Part shown: one piece after another, positions 1-14,890 of the stretch
Numbering within the stretch: the stretch's first letter is position 1
Layout: each line of letters starts with the position of its first letter
DNA from: Eledone cirrhosa
Taxonomy: Eukaryota
NCBI GenBank assembly: GCA_964016885.1
Contig: OZ024753.1
Coordinates: 32,488,001 to 32,552,000, forward strand
Reading direction: 5' to 3'
DNA: 64,000 nt
The notes under the pieces: model-generated
What the model was told of the DNA's origin: nothing
The model's input: the letters and a program-made list of their open reading frames with translations, nothing else
Databases searched by the model: none
Program-made: the position numbers and the translations under genes

Positions 1-635
<635 letters not shown>

Positions 636-637
636 CG

Positions 638-856
638 CTCAGGGATAGCGATCAAAAGTTTACCCTAAAATGGGAGAAATTAGCTAAAACCCAAAGCTTT
701 TCCAGGAGCCAAAATTTCTGCAAATTGTGTAATCTTGAGATTTATTACATAATCACACACAAGAAGAAATTGTTTAATAACAGAATTGAACGAACATTAT
801 TCTGCCGTCACCGAACTAAAACCCTTTTTTCCCAGTACAAGCTGAATATTACATAA
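638..856 (+). mobile_element. Penelope-like element fragment, C-terminus of GIY-YIG endonuclease
   Basis: Manual translation LRDSDQKFTLKWEKLAKTQSFSRSQNFCKLCNLEIYYIITHKKKLFNNRIERTLFCRHRTK...* shows the W...CxLC..E...N.R.E...CRH pattern of PLE endonuclease C-termini. It is flanked by TA arrays. Confidence 0.8.
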
Positions 857-1135
857 AAGAGGGACATCCCCCCAACTATATAAACCTCAATCTAGTTAGA
901 AAAATATAAAAACAATCTCTTCTCAACATATATATATATATTAATAACCTTAAATTACCACACTAATAATGGATAGATATGCTGATGAGAATAGGTGCGA
1001 ATATGCTATAATGAATGTGTCTAAAAGCGACCATATGTATGTATATATATGTGAAAATCTATATAAATAAGTAAATATATATATATACATGTTTGATGTG
1101 TATAGTTAGATGTATGTGTATTCATGTATTAAAGT

Positions 1136-1198
<63 letters not shown>

Positions 1199-1938
1199 GA
1201 CAGGAGTATGTATGTATATATGTGTGTGTCTATACGTGTGTATATAAAGATAAGTTGAGTATGAAAATGTATACACATGAATGCGTATGTATGTACATAT
1301 ATATATTCCCTCTTCGGTTAGCTTCCCCCTGTGTTGTTTACTTGTCTCACTCGCTTTACGCGTTTCTACTGTCCTAATAATTTATTTTCGTTATTATCGC
1401 TCCAACGTGAGGTATATGATTTTTAATGCGATGAAATACCCATGATCGTTTGGTAAATCACTGATGAGGGACTCATTTTATAACATGTTATCCATGTGCA
1501 ACCAGCAGTATTCTTCTCACCCATATTTTTCATATGTATATATATATATGTGCATGTATATATGTATGTAAGTATGAGCATGTAAGTATGTGTATGTGAG
1601 TATATGTATTTTGTAGAGATGTGCATATATGTTTGTGTGTGAATGCGTGGGCGAAAGGATACGTACACTTGAAAGAAAAATTTAAGTCTGAATGTTAATT
1701 AACTGCAAACACAAAACCGACCATGCATATCTATACTATCTCTAATCCTTCTATAGATTTAGAAAATAACCAACGCCAAACAATATATTCTATAAAAATG
1801 TCAAAACAACAGATGGGAATCTATTTACTCACTGCCACCAAAAAGTCTCACTGCTATCAATAAACCACTCCCTTAACTATTCTTCTAACAACTCCCTCCT
1901 AATATTCTCTATAAAAACCAAACAGGTTCTCAATAAAA

Positions 1939-2013
1939 TTATTCTGATGAAATGACAGTTGATAATAACATTGAAATATTGAATGTAACTGTTATTGAAA
2001 CACGTGTGAATAA
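1939..2013 (+). ncRNA. degenerate type-I hammerhead ribozyme
   Basis: ttatt-CTGATGA-aatgacagtt...aactgttatt-GAAA-cacgtg-T-g-aataa. 10-bp stem II and palindromic stem III, but the cleavage-site base is G. Confidence 0.65.
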
Positions 2014-2050
2014 ATTCCTTTTAACTGAACTGTATCCATTTAAATCCTTC

Positions 2051-2174
<124 letters not shown>

Positions 2175-2195
2175 ATTATATATATATATATTATA

Positions 2196-2238
<43 letters not shown>

Positions 2239-2394
2239 ATTATATATATATATTATATATATATATTATATATATATATTATATATATATATTATATATA
2301 TATTATATATATATATATATATATAAATATATATATATATATTATATATATATAATATATATATATTATATATATATATATAATATATATATAT

Positions 2395-2428
<34 letters not shown>

Positions 2429-2481
2429 AATATATATATATTATATATATATATTATATATATATATATATTATATATATA

Positions 2482-2521
<40 letters not shown>

Positions 2522-2694
2522 TATATATATATTATATATATATATTATATATATATATTATATATATATATATATTATATATATATATATTATATATATA
2601 TTATATATATATATATTATATATATATTATATATATATATTATATATATATATATTATATATATATTATATATATATATATTATATATATATAT

Positions 2695-2839
2695 GCAAAA
2701 GTTTTATTTAAAATTGTTGGGTTACAACGAGTAAATATTTTATAACTGATATAAAAGCACTCAATATGATATCCCAGAAATATATATAATGAAATAAATA
2801 TGGTTTTATAAATATAGTTTCCATTTGTTTAATATCGTA
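2695..2839. mobile_element. truncated, internally inverted copy of the 34273-34706 family
   Basis: 2695-2765 is the reverse complement of ~34637-34706. 2777-2839 matches 34556-34618 directly, starting at the HHR GAAA. Confidence 0.8.
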
Positions 2840-3176
2840 TTATAAATATATATATATTAGATATATATTAGATATATATATTATATATATATATATATTA
2901 TATATATATTATATATATATATTACATATATATATATTATATATATATATATATATATAATATATATATATAATATATATATAATATATATATTATATAT
3001 ATATATTACATATATATATATTATATATATATATATATTATATATATATATTATATATATTATATATATATTATATATATATATATATTATATATATATA
3101 TTATATATATTATATATATATATATTATATATATATATATATTATATATATTATATATATATATATTATATATATA

Positions 3177-3244
<68 letters not shown>

Positions 3245-3365
3245 ATATATTATACACATATATATAATATATATTATATATATATATATATTATACATAT
3301 ATATATAATATATATATATATTATATATATATATTATATATATATAATATATATATATATTATTT

Positions 3366-3421
3366 ACTGCTATATATATTTCGTTGATAGCCATTGAATG
3401 GCTATGACCTCATTAGGCAGT
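3366..3421 (-). ncRNA. degenerate type-I hammerhead ribozyme at the end of a ~590-bp island
   Basis: Minus strand: actgc-CTAATGA-ggtcatagcc attcaat ggctatcaac-GAAA-tatata-TA-gcagt. Core G5>A. Confidence 0.65.
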
Positions 3422-4364
3422 TAGTCATGTCTTAGATATGCCAGCTCTGTGTGTATAGTGTTGATGGTATCAGAGCCTCGGGACATATGAGCTTGTTAGG
3501 AATATTCTGATGTTGTTAGGCGGAATAGTCTTGATTCTCATTGGTCAGTTTGTAGTGGTAGTAGGTTGGTATTTGACCTCAAAGAGGCAGGTGGTTCTTT
3601 AAGGTTCAAACCATCAGGCAAGATGACAATAGTTCCACATGACTGACTTTCACAAAACGCATTCTTGGTCGGATATATTTTGAAATAAGGTTAATAGTAT
3701 GAAATAGATACTGCAGGTCATTCTTAAATTGAGGAATTTATGTGGAGTGGTGCTACTGAAAATTATGGTTAGAGTAGAAAGTTTACAAATAAAAGGGTTA
3801 TGTAGGTTGGCTTGCACTATACTCACACACACCTCCACAGACACACACACACTTCCACATATACAAAGAGTGGCGTGGTAATACTTAGTATAATGGTTAG
3901 AGTCCAATACTTCGATAGTTTAGAAAATTTAGAAATAAAGGGTTTATGCTGGTTCATTTGTACATACACTCACACCTACCCCCACAAAAACTCACGCATC
4001 TACACACACAAATCCATACAGGCGTGTATATATATACATATGCATGCATGTATGTACGCACAAGTATACACACATATATATATATATATAAAATATATAT
4101 ATACACAGAACATACATATATATAAAATATATACATACAAAAATATAAAAAAATATATATATACATAGAATACACACACACAAAATATATACAGACGTAA
4201 AACATACATATATATATATATATAAATACACACACACATACACACATATATATATATATATAAAATATATACATACAGATACGCACACACACATAAAAAA
4301 GATATACGCATACATACACATATAAAATACACATATATATACACATGATACATATATACATATA

Positions 4365-5232
4365 ATCAGGTTCAATAAAACATTGTTTAGCTGAATCCCA
4401 ACCAGTAGAGGATCCGGTGGACCATCCACCATAGGGACCTCAAACCATGGGTGGTTGTTGTTGTCCATTGGTCATTAGTACGGGGTGTAGGGGACCCACG
4501 GGGGTGGGGTGGGGGGGCTTTTGGAAGGCCGTAACCGAGGTTTATCCATATAGCTTGAGGAAAGTTCCCGTCCTTAGGTGTCTGCAGACACCGAATAAGT
4601 CGGCCCTTCTGTTTAATAGCTTGGTTCCGCCATGAAGAATCTCGAGTGTCTCACTAAGACAGAGGTTGCAAATACCAGACCCGTCTCTGTCTGGGGAACC
4701 TTTCTAACCACGGACCAGACCAGAGAGTGCGGGGTCTTTTCAAGTGCGGGGTCTTTTCAAGTTTGAGCTTCCAGATCAGTTCAGAAAGGGCCGTACATTT
4801 CCTCTTATCTATTCTGTTAAAGGAATGGCGATGGTTATACCACCGAGCTTTGAAGCTCGTCGCTGTGGATCCTATGTAGTTGTGCTCCGAGTTAGGGGTT
4901 GTGACCTTGCACCTGTAGACCACGTTTTTCGTCATACATTCATTACTAAGGGGGCATAGCGACGGGTCTCTGCAATTACAATAGTTCTTAAGCCCCACCA
5001 CATGTACCGCGTGGTTAGCATCACCCGGGGTTGGCTGGGTAGCCTCCGCAATCAGTACAGGGTCGTTGAGTTCCGGTGTGTTAGTTGGGCCTGCCCGGGA
5101 TCCGATGCGCCCCGCGTGCTGGTTCTGTTGGGTGGCTCCGGGGTTTACGGTGGTATTACAGGCAGTGAGCCTATTCCTATTTATGCCAGCTTTGTGCTGG
5201 GCTACGGAGCGTGTGGTTGAGTGGGGAAAGTT
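4365..5232 (-). mobile_element. 5'-truncated Penelope-like element: linker, GIY-YIG endonuclease and 3' UTR
   Basis: CNCRDPSLCPL..C..NVVY...YIG.T..FKARWYNH..SF, then after frameshifts ICNLCLSE...LLNRR...CRH, stop at 4542-4544. A 17-bp tandem duplication at ~4726-4760 breaks the frame. Confidence 0.9.
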
Positions 5233-5242
5233 TATATATAGT

Positions 5243-5275
<33 letters not shown>

Positions 5276-5342
5276 GGAAAGTTTATATAAAGTTATTATA
5301 TATATATATATTTATTATAAATATATATATTATATATATATA

Positions 5343-5392
<50 letters not shown>

Positions 5393-5395
<3 letters not shown>

Positions 5396-5684
5396 TTCGT
5401 TTCTGAATTTTTTTAGCACACACAGAAACAAAATGGCGTAGGACAGAACAAAGGAGAGGCACAAAAACAAAGAAGAAGAAAAAAGAATCCCCAGTCACTG
5501 AAGAGGTCACAGAGTGTGTGACGAAAGAACTATGACAATATATAAACAACTATCTGGTTGTGGAACCAACCAACCAATCAGAAATTTATAAATTTATTAA
5601 TTTATATTTAATAATAAATTGAAGTTAAAGTTACTGGTGCGTGTGTTTCTTATTGGCAACATGACCCTCCCAAAGTATAACAAT
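5393..5684 (+). mobile_element. HHR-bearing non-coding element (same family as 30328-30840), with an inverted 3'-end piece at its 5' side
   Basis: 5435-5684 matches the 30.3-30.8 kb arms. 5393-5419 is the reverse complement of 30814-30840. Confidence 0.85.
5494..5536 (+). ncRNA. minimal type-I hammerhead ribozyme
   Basis: gtca-CTGAAGA-g-gtcaca gagtg tgtgac-GAAA-gaac-TA-tgac. Confidence 0.75.
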
Positions 5685-5851
5685 ATATTATATATATTAT
5701 ATATATATATATATATTATATATATATATATATATAATATATATATATATATAATATATATTATATATATATATAATATATATATATATATTATATATAT
5801 ATATATATTATATATATATATATATATTATATATATTATATATATATATAT

Positions 5852-5885
<34 letters not shown>

Positions 5886-6075
5886 ATATTATATATATAT
5901 ATTATATATATATATATAATATATATATTATATTTATATATGTATATTATATATATATATATATTATATTTATATATATATATATATTATATATATACGT
6001 AGGTCCCGGGTTGAGTCGGGGATAACCACAGTAAGTAAGGTACTCAATACATGGCAGAGTAAAATTTTTTATTTA

Positions 6076-6130
6076 ATAGAAGGAGCTTCTACAAATGAAA
6101 CAGTACTAGTCCTGTAGAAGCTCCTTCTAT
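6076..6130. repeat. 18-bp perfect inverted repeat containing the 3' half of a hammerhead-like motif
   Basis: atagaaggagcttctaca / tgtagaagctccttctat. The interior reads GAAA-cag tactagtc ctg-TA. Confidence 0.7.
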
Positions 6131-6225
6131 ATATTATATATATGTATATATATATTATATATATTATATATATATATATATATATTATATATACATATTA
6201 TATATCTATTATATATATATTATAT

Positions 6226-9200
6226 GTCTATCTATCTAAGGCGGGTAAAATTCCCGAGATCCATGGACGAGTTCTCTCCAGCGGTCTCTGTCCCTCATTA
6301 TCGCATCCATATCCTGCATCTCCAACAGACCAGTCCTTAGGGCATCAACATATGTTAACCTTGGTCTTCCTCTTCTAGTGTGTCCATGTAGGGGCTCCCA
6401 AAGGAGCACTGAGTGCAATGTCAACTCTGGATGTCGGTGAGCATGTCCAGCCAACCTCAGTCTCCTCTGTGTCACTTTTGAGCTGACTTTTGGGATGCTC
6501 CCATACAGCTCTGAGTTTTTCATCCTCAGTGTATACTGATTAATGTTCAGAGCCATCCTCAGCATTCTCGTGTAGCACCCATCCACCATCTGAGTGAGTT
6601 TCTTGGTCAGTGTCCAAGTCTCAGACCCATACAGCAGCACAGACTCCACTACAGCAATGAATAGGCGGATTTTCAGGTCTCTACGAAGGTCCGACTTCCA
6701 CACCGATCTCAAGCTGTGGCACGCCGCCCAGGCCTTGCTCTTCCTCTCAACCACATCATCTTCCGTATTCCCAATATTTGCTCCCAAATACAGGAAGTTC
6801 TCAACCAATTCCAGCGGTTTCCCGCCTACATTAGTGATCCCCTCTGGCTTCTCAACATTCTCTACCAGATAATTTGTTTTAGTCTCATTCATTCTCAGCC
6901 CCACATTCATCGACACAGTCTCAACCTCCCGCATCAAATCCTCTGCCTTCTTCACTGTATTTGTCACCAAAAATATGTCGTCGGCAAATTCAGCATCCGA
7001 TACCTTTTTTGCCCTAACTCTCCTACTCTGAGCCGGTGCTACAGTAAAGCCAGAGTCCTGGTGTTTCTCCAGTGCAAGGCGCATACAATAGTCCACTACG
7101 ATGATAAAAAGGTAGGGAGCCAATGTATCTCCCTGGAGCACTCCAGCCAGTATCTCAAAGAACTCTGTCATCCCATCAGGTGTAATGACTTGGGCTTTGG
7201 TGTGTGGTGTAGAGCAGTGATATCAGGTCCACTATCTTCTTGGGGATTCCATAAGCCTGTAAGATCTTCATCAGGCAGTATCGGTCCACAGAATCAAAGG
7301 CCTTCCTAAAGTCAATGAAAACCATGACCGCAGGAAAGCACTTTGCTCTAGCTCCCTCTAATATCCTCCTCAGCATCAGGATGTGACTGGTGGTTGATCT
7401 ACCCTCTCTGAAGCCGTTCTGGTTGTCCCTGAGCTTCTTCTCCATCTCAGGCTGGATCCTGTTAAGAATCATCCTGTTGAGGGTCTTTGCCACAAGTGAC
7501 GTCAGTGATATCCCCCGGTAGTTGTTGGTGTTAGAGAGATCTCCCTTCTTTGGCACTGGGACGATGTTACTTATCCTCCACTGATTCGGGGCAACTCCTT
7601 TATCCAGTGCCCCGTTACAGAACCCCAGGATCATATCATCAAAATCACACCTCTTCATCACCTCTGATGCCACTCCATCTTCTCCATGAGCCTTGCCCTC
7701 CTTGATCTTCTTCTTGGCTCTCTGAAGCTCCTCTCTGGTGAAGGGCTCTGTCTCTACATCCAGTTCCTCAAACAGCCGCCTGATCTCCCCAGTGCTCTGG
7801 GCTGTGGAGGGTGGCTCTCCTAGTAGGGTCCTAAAATGGTCTAGCCATTTCCTCTTCCTATCCTCGGGCCCCGTTCCCTGGATCTGACTCGAACATCTTC
7901 TCTTCCTCCCTGTGATATCGTTGATGATCATCCAGCTCTCCTTACATCCAGATCTGTCAACCGCTCTCTCCACACTTCTGATCTTCTCTATCAGTGCCTC
8001 CTCTCTGACCTCAGTGTAAGCGGTACAGAGCTCTTCCCTCATCACCTCCACAGTCTCTATCCTATCCTCCGTAGGATCAGCATAGAATTGGTCCCTGGCA
8101 GCTCTCAGGTGTTCTCTAGCTGCACACACTTTTGGGTTTGTAGAGCTGACGTGCTTCCCTTTGTTCTTTTTCCTCGGCACCAGGGTTTCACTTGCTTCCG
8201 CCACTGCATTGGTGAAGTGCCCGTACCTCCTCGTCACAATCTCCTCGGTCCATCCAATCTCTTTCTTCTCTGACTCTCCACACAGAGCACTAAGCCTGTT
8301 TCTCACTTCCACTGTGAACCTCTCCTGTAGCTTATCATCTTCCTTGAAAGCTCCCCAGTCATAGATTGTTCTCCGGGGCTGAGCCTTGCTCTTTCTTAAG
8401 CTCACGCGGACCTCACTCATAACAAGCCGGTGGTCACTACCCAGTGTACTGAAATAGCTGTATGGTTCCGTGTTCAGAACACTATTCCGCCACTTTTTCC
8501 TCACCAGAATGAAATCAATCTGGGACTTGGACAGGTGCATATCTGAGATGTAAGTCCACATCTTCCCCAGATTCTTCCTGAACCTTAGGTTGGTCGCCAT
8601 CAAATTCGCTTCCAGCAGGGTGTCTCTCAATAGTCTTCCATTTCGGTTGGTGTTGTTATGTAAGTACCAGCAAGGATCTTCACTGCCCTCGTTACTCAGA
8701 TGTGCATTGAAGTCCCCCCAAAAAAGCAGGATATTGTGTGCCTGAGTGGTGTTGACAGCTCTACACACCTCCTCGTGGAACTCTTCCGCATTCACATCAC
8801 TGTCCCCCTCGGTTGGACTATAGGCTGAGATGACTGTCAGTCTTGGGTTTCCATTGAAGGTCACCCTCAACACTCGCGGGGAGATAGGCATTATTTCCCT
8901 CAACAAGAGATTGGTTTTTGCACTGAACACAAAACCCACTCCTCCTACTGCAGCATTTGTTGTGTTCTTCACTGCCGATGTAGTGATGAGCTGGCTCTTC
9001 CTCCCGATCATCACACTCCTCACGGGCTCATCGTGTAGAATCCTGTGTTCTTGGATCGCAAGAATCTGTATACCACTCTCATCGAACAGATGTCCCAACT
9101 CCTCTCTCTTCTCCAGCGTCCGAATAGTCCTCACATTCAAAGTGCCCATTTTGATGGCTCTTCTGCAGGACAAAACTGCATTCTTTATATTTGTCTCAGA

Positions 9201-9498
9201 GACAGCTGATCCATCATCCACTGGCCCTCTCTGTGGCTCTAAGCCAGCAGAGTCATAACGACCAGGCTGCTCCTTGACAGTGTAATTAGGGGCTCTAACC
9301 CTAGTGCTGTTAGATCAACTCTCCATATTTCTTTTCAATGGCTGACAATACCTTACCGGCGCCACTCGAATAAGGTAGTTATTTAACCCATAAATGGAGC
9401 CCTAACAGGTAGTACCACCCCGGACCAGGGCAGACCTGGGAGTCATGACAACTAAGGGGTAACTCTACATTCCCCACATCTCCTGAACTCCCGAACTT
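6226..9498 (-). mobile_element. near full-length RTE-clade non-LTR retrotransposon
   Basis: Single APE+RT reading frame, short 5' UTR, (TAGA)n tail right after the stop, both flanks in TA arrays. Confidence 0.95.
6236..9326 (-). pseudogene. RTE APE endonuclease-reverse transcriptase ORF, disrupted
   Basis: APE motifs GTLNVRT, IQEHR, SAYSPT, GDFNAH, IDFIL, SDH. RT motifs NYRGISL, QNGFR, FIDFRKAFDSV, GVLQGDTLAPYLF, FADD, YLG. In-frame ATG at 9326 is followed by TGA at 9317-9315. There is a +1 frameshift near 7203 relative to copy 2. Confidence 0.92.
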
Positions 9499-9565
9499 AT
9501 TATATTATATATATATATATTATATATATATATATATTATATATATATATATTATATATATATAT

Positions 9566-9623
<58 letters not shown>

Positions 9624-9755
9624 ATATATATATATTATATATATATATTATATATATATATTATATATATATATGTATATTATATATATTATATATATAT
9701 ATTATATATATATATTATATATATATTATATATATATATTATATATATTATATAT

Positions 9756-10823
9756 ATTTTGATGGCTCTTCTGCAGAAGATCTTACAGGCTTATGGAATC
9801 CCCAAGTAGATAGTGGACCTGATATCACTGCTCTACACCAACACCAAAGCCCAAGTCATTACACCTGATGGGATGACAGAGTTCTTTGAGATACTGGCTG
9901 GAGTGCTCCAGGGAGATACATTGGCTCCCTATCTTTTAATTTCGTAGTGGACTATTGTATGCGCCTTGCACTGGAGAAACACCAGGACTCTGGCTTTATT
10001 GTAGCACCGGCTCAGAGCAGGAGAGTTAGGGCGAAAAAGGTATCGGATGCTGAATTTGCCGACGACATATTTTTGGTGACAAATACAGTGAAGAAGGCAG
10101 AGGATTTGATGCGGGAGGTTGAGACTGTGTCGATGAGTGTGGGGCTGAGAATGAATGAGACTAAAACAAAATATCTGGTAGAGAATGTTGAGAAGCCAGA
10201 GGGGATAACTAATGTAGGCGGGAAGCCGCTGGAATTGGTTGAGGACTTCCTGTATTTGGGAGCAAGGATTGGGAATACGGAAGATGATGTGGTTGAGAGG
10301 AAGAGCAAGGCCTGGGCGGCGTGCCACAGCTTGAGATCGGTGTGGAAGTCGGACCTTCGTAGAGACCTGAAAATCCGCCTCTTCATTGCTGTAGTGGAGT
10401 CTGTGCTGCTGTATGGGTCTGAGACTTGGACACTGACCAAGAAACTCACTCAGATGGTGGATGGGTGCTACACGAGAATGCTGAGGATGGCTCTGAACAT
10501 TAATCAGTATACACTGAGGATGAAAAACTCAGAGCTGTATGAGAGCATCCCAAAAGTCAGCTCAAAAGTGACACAGAGGAGACTGAGGTTGGCTGGACAT
10601 GCTCACCGACATCCAGAGTTGACATTGCACTCAGTGCTCCTTTGGGAGCCCCTACATGGACACACTAGAAGAGGAAGACCAAGGTTAACGTATGTTGATG
10701 CCCTAAGGACAGACACTGGTCTGTTGGAGATGCAGGACATGGCAGCGATAACGAGGGACAGAGACCGCTGGAGAGAACTCGTCCATGGATCTCGGGAATT
10801 TTACCCGCCTTAGATAGATAGAT
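9756..10823 (+). mobile_element. 5'-truncated copy of the same RTE with a short inverted 5' piece
   Basis: 9776-10823 is highly similar to the reverse complement of 7267-6226, with a nonsense TAG at ~9806 and a 1-nt deletion at ~9940. 9756-9776 equals 9148-9168. Confidence 0.95.
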
Positions 10824-10863
10824 TATATATATATATTATATATATTATATATATATATTATAT

Positions 10864-11018
<155 letters not shown>

Positions 11019-11020
11019 TT

Positions 11021-11071
11021 AGTTTCAGAAGATCCCGTTAAGGGTGAAAGCAGCGATTATTTGCTTAAACT
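11021..11071 (+). ncRNA. hammerhead-like fold, core variant CAGAAGA
   Basis: agttt-CAGAAGA-tccc gttaa gggt-GAAA-gca gcgattatt tgc-TT-aaact. Confidence 0.6.
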
Positions 11072-11186
11072 TTAATCTGTTATTTTAATAAATATTTGCT
11101 CTACGGTTCTTATATATTTGATATATATTTTCCTTATCGAGCCCTCTTTGGATTTTATTCTTCAATTTTATTATTATTATTATTAC

Positions 11187-12456
<1,270 letters not shown>

Positions 12457-12468
12457 ATATAAATATAT

Positions 12469-12688
12469 AGGAGTCGATCGACTTTCGTCAAATCGGACCG
12501 AAGGAACAATGTTTCCGTTGGTCTTTCCAATTGCTAATACTATCTATCGGTCGCAACTCCAGGTAGAAGGAGCAACGTGAAATAAAGTGTCTTGCCCAAG
12601 GACATAACGCATCGCCTGGTCCAGGAATCGAACTCACAACCTTATGATTGCGAATCCAATTCTCTAACCACTCAGCCACACGCCTTCA
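12469..12688 (-). mobile_element. tRNA-derived SINE, family A (full head)
   Basis: A box TGGCTGAGTGG, B box GAGTTCGATTCC. Homologous to 20920-21097 and 21938-22152. Confidence 0.85.
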
Positions 12689-12792
12689 CTTAATACATTA
12701 TATATATATACATATATTATATATATTTATATTATATATATATATATATATTATATATATATATATTATATATATATTATATATATTTATAT

Positions 12793-12826
<34 letters not shown>

Positions 12827-12843
12827 TTATATTATATATATAT

Positions 12844-12874
<31 letters not shown>

Positions 12875-12999
12875 ATATATATATATATATATTATATATA
12901 TATATTTATTAAAATAAAATTACTCTTCAATTTTATTATTATTACTATATATTATATATATATATATTATATATATATATATGATATATATATATTATA

Positions 13000-13038
<39 letters not shown>

Positions 13039-13120
13039 ATATATATATTATATATATATTATATATATATATATATATTATATATATATATATATATATT
13101 TAATATATATATATATATAT

Positions 13121-13258
<138 letters not shown>

Positions 13259-13317
13259 ATATATATATATATATATTTAATATATATATATATTTAATAT
13301 ATATATATATATATTTA

Positions 13318-13415
<98 letters not shown>

Positions 13416-13452
13416 ATATTATATATATATATTATATATATATATATATTAT

Positions 13453-13498
<46 letters not shown>

Positions 13499-13584
13499 AT
13501 ATTATATATATTGAAACAGGTAAAAGAGAATACAAGTGGCATTGGCTAGTAAGCAACACGAACACAACTTATTCCGTAGTACTT

Positions 13585-13618
<34 letters not shown>

Positions 13619-13622
<4 letters not shown>

Positions 13623-13649
13623 GTGTGTGTTTGTAGATATAGACATATT

Positions 13650-13715
<66 letters not shown>

Positions 13716-13743
13716 AATATGTCTATATCTACAAATACACATT
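13619..13743. repeat. ~33-bp inverted repeat around a (TA)n loop
   Basis: tgtgtttgtagatatagacatatttgca-(TA)n-tgcaaatatgtctatatctacaaataca. Confidence 0.9.
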
Positions 13744-14728
13744 GAAATATTAAGTAACGTGACTCATACACCTGTTGTGCCGTACTTATATACATATAAA
13801 AAACACTTGTTGATAGGTTTACAAAGTCTGTCTGTGAGTGTGTAATAGAGAGAAAGAGAGGGGGGGGGGGGTAAAAAGAGAAGGGGGTGAGAGAGCCGTC
13901 ACAGCCACTATGTACACGTATCCAGTCGGAAAACGTGCAGCTTGCTATAATTATTTTCCTTACTGTGCATTATCGCATTAATGTTGTTCTTGCTGTTGTA
14001 GTTAATGTTGCCATAGCTGCTGCTGCTGCTTGTGGTGCTGGTGTTTATATTCAGATATTCCAGCTGTGAGAATTCCGTCATTTGTTGTCTGCCATTGTGT
14101 ATATAAAACTAATTATATTATCCAACGTGTTTGTCAAGCTTTATGAAGGCCTTGTGCGATTCGAGGATTAAGCTGTTCTTTTTAGCAAACCTATCGACCA
14201 TGTAAATGCTACATGGTTGGCTCATATATTGCTGTATATATTAAGTTTTAATTTAAAAAAAAGACATAGCTGTGCTTTTCAAATATATTTTAATGTGTCT
14301 GTTAAATTGGGCATAGCAGTAGGCGAAGCATGTATGAGTAATCGGTGTAAATATCTTCAAACATGTACAGGGACAAATCTAAATGACGAAGTAATTCTAC
14401 AGTACATGTTGCCCTTGTCTTATAGAATCATTAGTATCTAACAATCGTTTCCAATTTTGGCCGAAGGCCAGCAACCTGAAGGAAAGAAGGGGAGTGAATT
14501 AAATCAACTTTGTTTCATTTTATCGAAACTCGTAAAGAACAGAAGCAAAGATAACTTCGGTGAGATCTGAAGTGCCGTAAATATATACCACAATAGATGT
14601 AGTCTGATGCTCTGGGGACAGAAGAATTTCTGACGAACGTTACACTATAAAAAATATAGAAAGTGATTGGAACCACATCGATCGACCTGACTGGTACTTG
14701 GTGGTATTTGGATTGTTGTTGTGATTGA

Positions 14729-14890
14729 GGCGGTGTATTGACAAACTCGTCGGAGTGTAAGATCAAATGGTTCAGCTTGTTTACGTTCTGAGTTCAAATC
14801 TGGCGATGGTCAATTTGCCTTTCATTATTCTGAAGTTGGTAAAATAAAATACCAGTCAAAATACTGGATTCGATATAATCGAGTATTTCT
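14729..14890 (+). mobile_element. degenerate SINE, family B-related
   Basis: gagttcaaatc...tttgcctttcat...aaaata..accagt motif shared with family B. Confidence 0.6.

Noticed and set aside
975-1036. CTGATGA flanked by atatg/catat downstream of a PLE fragment
   Set aside because: No GAAA and no convincing stem II; at best a heavily decayed HHR.
1455-1490. CTGATGAG motif
   Set aside because: No downstream GAAA or stems.
6594-10449. Antisense ORFs overlapping the RTE copies
   Set aside because: Shadow frames of the RT coding strand.
12620-12688. tRNA gene
   Set aside because: Only A/B boxes continuing into a SINE body; no full cloverleaf.
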